DNA from: Promethearchaeota archaeon
Lineage (GTDB): Archaea > Asgardarchaeota > Lokiarchaeia > Sigyniarchaeales > SOKP01
DNA length: 64,000 nt
Reading direction: 5' to 3'
NCBI GenBank assembly: GCA_019058245.1
Contig: JAHPZJ010000006.1
Coordinates: forward strand, 1-64,000
The position numbers were made by a program, and so were the translations under genes. Below, piece after piece: positions 29,760-38,321 of the stretch (positions are counted from its first letter, which is position 1; every line of letters begins with the position of its first letter). The notes beneath the pieces were generated by a model. It did not search any database. It saw nothing but the letters and a program-made list of their open reading frames with translations, and was not told the origin of the DNA.

Positions 29760-31658
29760 ATGCTTGGAAATGAGGCCCTCGTAAGAGGGTGTCTCGAAGC
29801 TGGTGTATCTTATGTCTCTCAGTATCCTGGCACTCCAACAAGTGATATAGGAGAATACTTTCATCAAGTACTAATAGATAGTCCAGAAACGAGGGAATTT
29901 CTAATCCATCATTGGGCTGTTAATGAAGCTGTTGCCACATCCTCATGTGCGGGAGCAGCTTGGACGGGATGTAGAAGTTTAAATCCCATGAAACACGTAG
30001 GATTAAATGTTGCAAGTGATGCTTTGAGCGTGATTGCATTAAATGGACCAAATCCAGGAGCAATGGTAGTTTCAATTGGTTCTGATCCAGGCTCATTAGG
30101 ATCACATCAAGAACAAAATGAGCGTTTTTATGCATGGATGTTGCATCTCCCTACTTTTGAACCTCATACACCACAGGAATGTAAGGATTGGATTAAACTC
30201 GCATTTGAACTCTCAGAAAAATATGATTTAGTCATGAATTTTCGAATGAGTACTAGAAGTGCTCACTCAAGAGGTTTTGTAAAGCTCGAACCATTAGTAA
30301 AAGGAAAAGCTAAAGGTGAATTCATTAGAAATATTCCTAAATTTAACTCTCTCCCCCCTCATGCGATCAATAATCATATTCGGCTATACGAGCGAATTGA
30401 AAAACTTCGAGAAGCGATCCCAAGCTTAGGAGTAAATAAAATAATTCCTGGAGAGAATAAAATTGGAATTATTACTAGTGGAATGCCATTTGGATATACA
30501 ATGGAAGCCCTAAATCAGTTGAATTTAAATGATGTTCCAGTATTAAAGCTTGGAATGATATATCCTTTAAATTATGAAGAAATCGTAGATTTTATAGAAA
30601 AACTTGAAAAAGTAATTATAATTGAAGAACTAGAACCATTCTTGGAAATGAAAATAGCAGAGATCGCCCATGATCATAAGATTAATGTTGAGATCATAGG
30701 AGAACAATATTTTCCAAAATATAATGAATTTTCTACTGGATTAGTAGCAACATGTCTAGCGAATATTTTTAATAAACCTCCTAATGAGCAGATGAAAAAA
30801 GCCATTGACTATTTTAATTCTTATAAAGAAATTATCCCTAGCAGATTTCCTACTTTCTGCTCTGGATGTCCTGAGAGAGCTACTCTTTATGCAATATTGA
30901 AAGCTACTAACCATTTAGAAAATACTATCATCAGTGGAGATATAGGGTGTTATGTAATGTCATTTTTTCCACCGCAACAATGCAGTGATTTGGTGATTTG
31001 TATGTCCGGTGGAATTAGCGCTGCTATAGGAATGTCTACTAAAACCGACCAAAAAGTGATTGCTATGATAGGAGATTCTACCTTTTTTCATACTGGTATG
31101 GCTCCTTTAGCAGAAGCCGTGGGTTATAATTCGAATGTATTGTTAATCATTTTTGAAAACTCATGGACAGCGATGACTGGACATCAAAATGATGTTCTTA
31201 GATATTTATTAAATAAAGGATTTTCTATAGAAGATATCTGTAAAGCCATTGGAGTTTCTTGGTTAAGAGTGGAAGATTCATATAAGCCTAAAAAACTTGT
31301 AAAATCGATTGAAGAAGCATTAGAAACAGATGGCTTCAAGGTGATTATCATTAAAAGAGAATGTGGACTTCAAGCGCATAGATGGCGAATGGACCAAATT
31401 AGAGGGCTAGAAAGAGAAGGAAAAAAGGTGCAAGATGTTTCTTATTTCATTGGAGGCTGTCAAATGTGTTATGAGTGTGCTAGAGTTTTAAGTTGCCCCG
31501 CCATCCGGAGAGTTGAAACAGATGGTATAGAAGAAATGCAAATCGATCAAGATAGATGCATTCGGTGCGGAGTATGTTATGAAATTTGCCCAAATGGAGC
31601 AATACGTAAATCTATTATAAATTTATTTGCAGAGGAGGTACCTTTTCGTGAGCTTTAA
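29760..31658 (+). CDS. iorA: Indolepyruvate:ferredoxin oxidoreductase alpha subunit
   Basis: 'LGNEA', 'YPGTP', 'MKHVGLNVA.D', 'FC.GCP', 'GDIGCY', TPP motif 'GDSTFFH', 'TAMTGHQ', C-terminal 2[4Fe-4S]. Confidence 0.95.
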   Translation: MLGNEALVRGCLEAGVSYVSQYPGTPTSDIGEYFHQVLIDSPETREFLIHHWAVNEAVATSSCAGAAWTGCRSLNPMKHVGLNVASDALSVIALNGPNPGAMVVSIGSDPGSLGSHQEQNERFYAWMLHLPTFEPHTPQECKDWIKLAFELSEKYDLVMNFRMSTRSAHSRGFVKLEPLVKGKAKGEFIRNIPKFNSLPPHAINNHIRLYERIEKLREAIPSLGVNKIIPGENKIGIITSGMPFGYTMEALNQLNLNDVPVLKLGMIYPLNYEEIVDFIEKLEKVIIIEELEPFLEMKIAEIAHDHKINVEIIGEQYFPKYNEFSTGLVATCLANIFNKPPNEQMKKAIDYFNSYKEIIPSRFPTFCSGCPERATLYAILKATNHLENTIISGDIGCYVMSFFPPQQCSDLVICMSGGISAAIGMSTKTDQKVIAMIGDSTFFHTGMAPLAEAVGYNSNVLLIIFENSWTAMTGHQNDVLRYLLNKGFSIEDICKAIGVSWLRVEDSYKPKKLVKSIEEALETDGFKVIIIKRECGLQAHRWRMDQIRGLEREGKKVQDVSYFIGGCQMCYECARVLSCPAIRRVETDGIEEMQIDQDRCIRCGVCYEICPNGAIRKSIINLFAEEVPFREL

Positions 31659-32301
31659 AGAAACTGATATTATAAACATAGTAATTGCTGGAACCGCAGG
31701 ACAAGGCGTAATTACATTAAAAAGATTAATAGAATTTGCTTCACAAAAAGCTGGTGTGAAAAGAAATTTTGGTTCTGAGATGCATGGCTTAGCCCAAAGA
31801 GAAGGTGCTATCAGTAGTCATACTCGTTATCAGAAAGAATTATTCGAAGATGATCGAAAAAATCTCTACTCTCCTTTAATTTGTTATGGAGATGCAGATT
31901 TGTATATCTGTTTCGAACCTATAGAAGCACTGAGAAGAGGGCTTTTTGCTTCTAATAAAACTAGTTTTGTCCTAAATTCCCGAACAATCCCAGGAATTAT
32001 GATTACGGCTAATCTTGAATCTTATCCTTCTCTTGAAAAAATCAAGGAAATATTAAATGGTTATTCTAACGAAGTATATTTCATGAATGCAACAGAACTG
32101 TCTTTAAATAACTTTAACACCAATCAATATGTTAATTTAATAATGCTTGGATTTGCTATTCCTACGAGTAAAATTCCATTTATCGAGATTGAACATTATG
32201 AAGAAGTAATTAAAGAATGGCTCCGGGATCCAGACTCAAATATAAAAGCCTTACATCTGGGATTAGAAAAAGGGAAAAAGATCATTAATAGTGCCAACTA
32301 A
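31648..32301 (+). CDS. iorB: Indolepyruvate:ferredoxin oxidoreductase beta subunit
   Basis: 'AG.AGQG', 'SEMHGLAQREG', 'EP.EA.R'; start most likely GTG 31648 after GAGGAGG. Confidence 0.93.
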   Translation: MSFKETDIINIVIAGTAGQGVITLKRLIEFASQKAGVKRNFGSEMHGLAQREGAISSHTRYQKELFEDDRKNLYSPLICYGDADLYICFEPIEALRRGLFASNKTSFVLNSRTIPGIMITANLESYPSLEKIKEILNGYSNEVYFMNATELSLNNFNTNQYVNLIMLGFAIPTSKIPFIEIEHYEEVIKEWLRDPDSNIKALHLGLEKGKKIINSAN

Positions 32302-32422
32302 AACAAATACGTCATGGAAGAATAAGATTAAAAAATTTGAATTTGAAAAAAGATGCAAAAATTATTAAAAATCTACAGAGACATACGACATAAAAATAAT
32401 TATTTACAGAATTCATTTAAGA

Positions 32423-32593
32423 ATGAGTTTCGAAAATTATATCATAGAGATAATTAAAGAAACAGGTCTTTCAAGAAAAGAACTACAAAAAATGGTTATA
32501 CAGAAAAATAAAAAACTATCTGGAGCTGTGTCCATTAAAAAAGCTTTGTTTATCATTGCAAAAGAACTATGCGTTGATTTAAGTTCTTCTTGA
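32423..32593 (+). CDS. Small stand-alone DUF2240-like protein (56 aa; absent from the ORF track)
   Basis: MSFENYIIEIIKETGLSRKELQKMVIQKNKKLSGAVSIKKALFIIAKELCVDLSSS resembles the 'TGLSREEI..MI..K..EL.GLIS...ALFIIAKELGVD' helical module of archaeal DUF2240/RPA N-termini. Confidence 0.6.
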   Translation: MSFENYIIEIIKETGLSRKELQKMVIQKNKKLSGAVSIKKALFIIAKELCVDLSSS

Positions 32594-32682
32594 ATTGTTG
32601 ATCAAAAGTTTAAAAAAAGAATATATTTAAACAATTTATACATTGAATTATTTATCTAAATACAATTGGTTTTCTACTAAAT

Positions 32683-33543
32683 TTGAATGTAATAATAATC
32701 TATTTTTCCCAAACTAAGAATACTGAAAAAATAGCCTATAAGATTCAAAACGGTATTTTAGAGAATGGAAATCATTGTAGAATTGAAAAAATTAAAGATG
32801 TCGATATAGAAATATTAAAGAATTTCGATATAATAGGATTAGGAACTCCAACGTTTTTTTATAGAGAACCTCGTAATGTAGAAATATTCATAAAAGAATT
32901 ACCAATTATGAAAGATAAACATTGTTTTCTCTTCTGTACTCATGGTAGCCTAATAGGAAATACGTTTTTCCGTATGAGTGAGGCACTGAAAAACAAAGGT
33001 CTTGTAGTAATTGGTACATTTGATACTTATGCATCATCTTCTATTCAGTTTTATCCCACTCCCATGCATACTGAAGGTCATCCTGATGAAATTGAGTTTA
33101 AACAAGCTTATCAATTTGGTAAAGAGATCTGTGGGATTAGTGAAAGAATCCGACAAGGTGAATTGAATTTAATTCCTGAATTTGAAATTATATCAGATAC
33201 TTGGTGGGCTCGTGAGTCAGAGCGTTTGACTTTAGAGGTTTTAAGAAAAATATCACCTGAATTTAAAATAAATACAGATAAATGCAAAAGATGTTTAATT
33301 TGTCAAGAAAGTTGTCCTGTTGGCGCAATTGATGTTGAAGTTGAACCTCCAGAGATACAAAAAGAAGGATGCATATTTTGTTGGGCTTGTGAAAAATTAT
33401 GTCCAGTTGGAGCAATTGAAACAAACTGGGATTTAATGAAAAATGGTGCGGCGAAAAATTTATTAAGATATATTGAGGTCCTGAAAAATGCCGAAGAAAA
33501 AGGAAAATTTAGACCTTATATTGATTATAAAAAAATATATTAA
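32683..33543 (+). CDS. Flavodoxin-ferredoxin fusion (EFR1-like)
   Basis: 'YFSQT.NT' FMN loop, 'G.PT', 'FCTHG'; two CxxCxxCxxxCP motifs. Confidence 0.9.
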   Translation: MNVIIIYFSQTKNTEKIAYKIQNGILENGNHCRIEKIKDVDIEILKNFDIIGLGTPTFFYREPRNVEIFIKELPIMKDKHCFLFCTHGSLIGNTFFRMSEALKNKGLVVIGTFDTYASSSIQFYPTPMHTEGHPDEIEFKQAYQFGKEICGISERIRQGELNLIPEFEIISDTWWARESERLTLEVLRKISPEFKINTDKCKRCLICQESCPVGAIDVEVEPPEIQKEGCIFCWACEKLCPVGAIETNWDLMKNGAAKNLLRYIEVLKNAEEKGKFRPYIDYKKIY

Positions 33544-33833
33544 TTTTATGGAGAAAGTGCTTTTTTACTTTAACAATCATCAATCAATATTAACTCTTAA
33601 TCATTGTATTTTCTTATAAAACATAGTGAAAAAAGAAAAGAGATCCATTTTTTGAATAAATAGTTTTGGGAGCTCAATTTGAAATTTATACTTATATCTT
33701 TTCACAGATAAATTAATCTACTAAATATTTGGATAATAAAAAGTACCATATTATTTTTAGAAATTTTTTAAATAAAGGAATAGTATATACTTTATTCTAG
33801 AGGACAAAATATTAATTATTCAATAAATCCAAT

Positions 33834-36491
33834 ATGCTCTTTACAGAAGTTTTAAAAAGAAAAAGTGAAAAAAAAAAGAATTTTATCTCAAATAGTAAAC
33901 TTAATTTATTTTCTATAGCAAAGTATATTAATAGAGAGATTTATCTCGAATCTTGGCTTCGATCTAAGGGAATATATCAATTACCAATTCTGGAAAAATA
34001 TTCATTAAACCATAATATTCTCAAAGTAAAAGTATTAATCTATAAGATCATTTATGCCTCAGTTTTTTGCATTCTACCTCTTGTACCAATATTTACCTAT
34101 ATAAGGACGGTTGAAAATCTTTTAATTTTTGATGTTTCTATAGATAAAATAGTATTGATTGGTGGAATAATCTTTTCATTATTCTTTGGCTTACAATTTT
34201 TTAATTTCTTTTTAATGGGTTTATTAGAATCTGGTATAATTTTTTCAGGTAGACATATTAAATGGTTTGAAACTTTTCCAATTCCAAGAGATAAGTTAAG
34301 AAAATTATCTTTTTTAACCCTTTTCCGAACTTTTGATATTCCAATAGTAGTTATAATATTAGCATTACCAATTACAATATTCATTTTAACTCAAAGCATA
34401 CTTGTTTTTTTCGTATCTCTCATAGTTTCAATATTGAATCTTATATTTTGTTTTGATATCGTTATTATATTTGGAGAAAGACTTAATAGAATCTCAAATT
34501 TTAATGAGACTAGTTCTAAACGAGGATTTATTATTCAAGTTATCCATAATCTAAGTCATGTGATAATAATTCTTGGAGGAATTTATATGATCCAGTGGTT
34601 ATTATTTTCACTTGATAATTTTGTCAACAAAATTAAAGAAATTAATGACATTTCAAAATTTGTTACCGTTATTAGTATGATACCATATCCAATTAATCCA
34701 AGTTGTTTAATCTCGTTTTTTATTGTGAATAAACAAATGCCTATGGTTTTCTGTATTACGCTCTTTATTGGATTAATAATATTTATATGTTTAAGTTGCT
34801 TAATTCATTTACGAGCATCAGAATCTCTTGAAAGGACTACCTATTCTAAATTTAAAGAAATCAAAAGAGGAGTTAGAACTAACTCGTTCACAGAAGAGAT
34901 CCAAGTCAATATTAAAACACGATCGCCAACGATAGCTTACCTACGAAAAGATTTATCTTTTGCTCTGAGAGATCTTAAAACATTTTCAGCTATGATAACA
35001 CCAATACTGTTTTCATGTATTTCTATATTCTTTTTTAATCTTAATAGTATCACCGAAAAAGCCATGATAGAGAGAGATTATTCTTTTAATTTGATAGGCC
35101 TGTTAATTTTTCTTCCAGTTATCTCAATAATGATAGTAAATGGCATAGTAAACATAGAAACTTCTGGAGAATCTATTCTTGCTTCATTACCTGTCAATCA
35201 TCGCCAACGAGCTAAAGCGAAGATAATTTTATTAATTTTTCTTCAAACTCTTGCTGTTTTTTGTCCAGTCTTACTATTTATTTCTTCAAACAAATTCTTA
35301 AGTTTACTGTTAGCAGTAATAACTTGCCTACCGTTTAGCTGGATTATTATTCTTCTGACATTTAATCTTAGAATTCTATTTTTCAGTAAATTTAGAAGTT
35401 ATTATGTTATTGAAGAGGTTAATCCAGAAAGACGATATCAAAAATGGGGCTTAATTATAGCAATTCAATATCTTGTATTATACGGAATAATATTTTGCTA
35501 CATTATGGCTTATTTCCGTATAGAATTTCTTAGTTTAATTTATTTGTTAATTTTAGGTTCGATTATATTGCTATTCTTTACTATCCTTCTATTTAATAAA
35601 ATTTTTCCAAATACTCCAAAATTAAAAACTCTCCCTAAATTTAGACCTGAATCTATAAAAGAAGTTAAAATTACATATTTTTCAAATAATCCAAGGATAG
35701 CTCTTCTTGTATTAATAACATTGTATTATGGGACCCTTACCCTATTAAGCTTTTTAATTCAATCATTTTTCCGTTATTTTTATTCTTATCAAGATCTTGA
35801 TTGGTGGTTAGTATTTTTAATATTATCTATATATAATTTAAGTTTTATAGTAGTAATTACTATTATAATTACTAAAATCATTAAATTACAAACTGAAATT
35901 CACCCAATCCACCAATATTTGCCTGGTTTTAAAATTGGTTGGCCTAAAACACGGTTAAAATATTTTTTTTGGATTCTTCTAGTTCTATTTTTTGTATTTT
36001 CAACAATAAATTCATTATATCTTTCTTCGCATAGCCATATGATAGATTTCAATTATTACATCAATATTTTTAATATAAGTTTAATATTCTCCAATATATT
36101 TTGGCAAGAAATAATTTTTCATGGTATTATTTTAACAATTTTTTTAGATATCTATAATGCCAAAAAAGCAATATTATTTGATAATTTATTATTTTCCCTT
36201 TTTTCTAGTATACCGGTATTTTTATTTATTTTTAAAAATCTATCGTATATGTCATTTAGTTCTTTATTTATTGTTATATTTTTTTATGCTAGCTTTTTTG
36301 TACCAATTATTTTTACTATAAGTTCTTTATTTGCATATTTAAGTTTTAAAGCGAATAGTGTTTTACCAGCCATACTACTCCAGTTTATTTTATTCTTAGC
36401 TATTATATCTCATTTTACTTTAATTTCATCTTTTTTCTTATTATTCTTTTTTCCGCAAATATCATTAGGCTCTATAGGTCCTATATATTAA
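33834..36491 (+). CDS. Large polytopic membrane protein: ABC-permease-like region plus degenerate CPBP/CAAX-protease-like C-terminal domain
   Basis: About 20 TMs; 'F.T.PI', 'ILASLPV...AK' permease-like repeats; 'FWQEIIFHGII' and 'SVLPAILLQ' are degenerate CPBP motifs. Confidence 0.6.
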   Translation: MLFTEVLKRKSEKKKNFISNSKLNLFSIAKYINREIYLESWLRSKGIYQLPILEKYSLNHNILKVKVLIYKIIYASVFCILPLVPIFTYIRTVENLLIFDVSIDKIVLIGGIIFSLFFGLQFFNFFLMGLLESGIIFSGRHIKWFETFPIPRDKLRKLSFLTLFRTFDIPIVVIILALPITIFILTQSILVFFVSLIVSILNLIFCFDIVIIFGERLNRISNFNETSSKRGFIIQVIHNLSHVIIILGGIYMIQWLLFSLDNFVNKIKEINDISKFVTVISMIPYPINPSCLISFFIVNKQMPMVFCITLFIGLIIFICLSCLIHLRASESLERTTYSKFKEIKRGVRTNSFTEEIQVNIKTRSPTIAYLRKDLSFALRDLKTFSAMITPILFSCISIFFFNLNSITEKAMIERDYSFNLIGLLIFLPVISIMIVNGIVNIETSGESILASLPVNHRQRAKAKIILLIFLQTLAVFCPVLLFISSNKFLSLLLAVITCLPFSWIIILLTFNLRILFFSKFRSYYVIEEVNPERRYQKWGLIIAIQYLVLYGIIFCYIMAYFRIEFLSLIYLLILGSIILLFFTILLFNKIFPNTPKLKTLPKFRPESIKEVKITYFSNNPRIALLVLITLYYGTLTLLSFLIQSFFRYFYSYQDLDWWLVFLILSIYNLSFIVVITIIITKIIKLQTEIHPIHQYLPGFKIGWPKTRLKYFFWILLVLFFVFSTINSLYLSSHSHMIDFNYYINIFNISLIFSNIFWQEIIFHGIILTIFLDIYNAKKAILFDNLLFSLFSSIPVFLFIFKNLSYMSFSSLFIVIFFYASFFVPIIFTISSLFAYLSFKANSVLPAILLQFILFLAIISHFTLISSFFLLFFFPQISLGSIGPIY

Positions 36492-36751
36492 TGATGAACA
36501 GTTTTTGTATATAATCACTTTGTAGAAAACTATGTTATAATATAACAGACTATAAAATACGAATAATTATATCAGAAACGACAAAATATGTCGTCTACTT
36601 AAAATTTCTATACACCAAAATTTGGTGAAATTAAATAATAAGTTTTTAAAATCAGTAGAATAATGAAAGTGATGAAACAATAAGTAGAATATAGTATTTT
36701 GCTTCTAAATATTAAAAACTAAAAAATATTATAAAAACAAAATTTTTCTAT

Positions 36752-37021
36752 CTATAAAGGAAACACTTTCTCGGCTTCTTCCTCATCGAACTCTAATTCT
36801 CTCAATCGAATCCTTATTTCTCGAGGAGTAAAAGAAGATTTTAAGATTTCTAGAACATTTTTATGCAACGCTTTTAAATTATCAACCGCAGCTGCATGAT
36901 AAAAATTGTTCTCATTAAAATTTATCGTGATAATGTCATTTAACCCTGCCAAGGCTTCTCGAATCTTTTTGTAATTGTTCATTACTCTATCCAACTTTTC
37001 TTCATTTTTGTATAATTCCAT
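36752..37021 (-). CDS. Small hypothetical helical protein (89 aa)
   Basis: ATG preceded by GAGG; protein-like composition. Confidence 0.75.
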   Translation of the reverse strand: MELYKNEEKLDRVMNNYKKIREALAGLNDIITINFNENNFYHAAAVDNLKALHKNVLEILKSSFTPREIRIRLRELEFDEEEAEKVFPL

Positions 37022-37215
37022 CTTATTTCCTCGTTTACTTTTTTGTTTTACAATTTATGAAAATAAAAAACGGTATATAAAATTGACGGTTTTCGATCAT
37101 AATGTTGCGGTATAACGATCAATGCTTTACATAATTCCTCCAGAATTAATGAATATAATAAATAATTTTATCAATTCAAGTCATTTAGAATTCGATAGAA
37201 TGGTTGTTTTTAGTT

Positions 37216-37339
37216 ACTGAAAAGGGCAATTGTGATCGATTCCGCCGGTAGTCAATAGGTTGATGTCTACTTCTGATCATTTTTTGGTCGTCAAATGACT
37301 GAGAAGTTACTATCCAAATTAGAGTTTGCATTTTTCAGT
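37216..37339. other. Candidate structured RNA/cis-element (three-way junction)
   Basis: ACTGAAAAGGGCAA (37216-29) pairs with TTGCATTTTTCAGT (37326-39) and encloses two hairpins; locally less AT-rich. Confidence 0.35.
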
Positions 37340-37605
37340 CAAGTATAATCCGATTTTATTTCTTTAGGTCTAGATTGAAATTAATAAAATTACTATTTTG
37401 TCAAAAAAAATATAAATAAAATCCAGAATAATTTTTTCGTCATTTTGTTGCAATAAATAATATTATAAATTCAATTATGACCTTTTCCGTACTTTTTAGG
37501 AAGAATTATGACTGAAAACATTTAAATATGAGAGTGATAATTAATGGATCAGTAAAAAAATATAAAAAAATAAAAAATAAAAATCAAAAAAATAGGAAGT
37601 GAGTA

Positions 37606-37953
37606 ATGAAAATGGAACAAATTTCGAAAATAGAAGAAAAGGTTGAAAAGCTCACAGATATAAAGCGAACTCAAATTTATGAGTATGCTCGGAAGGTGAG
37701 TCATGAGACACTAGAGGAGATATGCCCAGCACTTTTACGTTTGGCATTGAATTCAGAGAAGGGAAAGCTCAAAAATCAATTGGGAATGGTAATTTTTCAT
37801 TTGCAGAAAAATGAGCGTATAAATACGCTAATAGGGCTTCAAAAGCTCATTGATGCGGCATTAATAGTTGCCCCTGAAGAGATGTTTAAGATTTTTGAGA
37901 GTTCCGAGGCAGATGCTCAGGAATTAGCCAGAAACATAAAAAAGATATTATAG
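37606..37953 (+). CDS. Small hypothetical all-alpha protein (115 aa)
   Basis: SD-like GGAAGTGAG upstream; T-tract after the stop. Confidence 0.78.
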   Translation: MKMEQISKIEEKVEKLTDIKRTQIYEYARKVSHETLEEICPALLRLALNSEKGKLKNQLGMVIFHLQKNERINTLIGLQKLIDAALIVAPEEMFKIFESSEADAQELARNIKKIL

Positions 37954-38321
37954 TTTTTTTATTACTATTTCTTTTATATTGATTTTATCAGGTATTAGAT
38001 ATCAGTATCTTAAGATAAATCCTAGGATAATATCATTATTGATATGAACTTAGATGAATTTCAATCGAGATTATATAAATTCCTTCAATTAGGTGATATT
38101 GATGGAATGGCAATTCATACTGATTAACCTATTAGGAATCCTAATTATAATATTGGTTATATTTTAATAGTTTCTGGATTTTTAATAGCAGGTTATGGAA
38201 ATTATAAATGTAATATTAATTGGAATACAAATTGATTTACTTTTAATATTTTGAAAAATAGGATAACTTTTAAATACTATGTAGAAATAACAAGTAATAG
38301 CAATCTTAGAGGAAAAAAGTC

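Noticed and set aside
29694-29762. Possible ATA start 22 codons upstream of iorA
   Set aside because: The frame is open, but ATG 29760 has a plausible SD and includes the LGNEA motif, so a non-canonical start is not required
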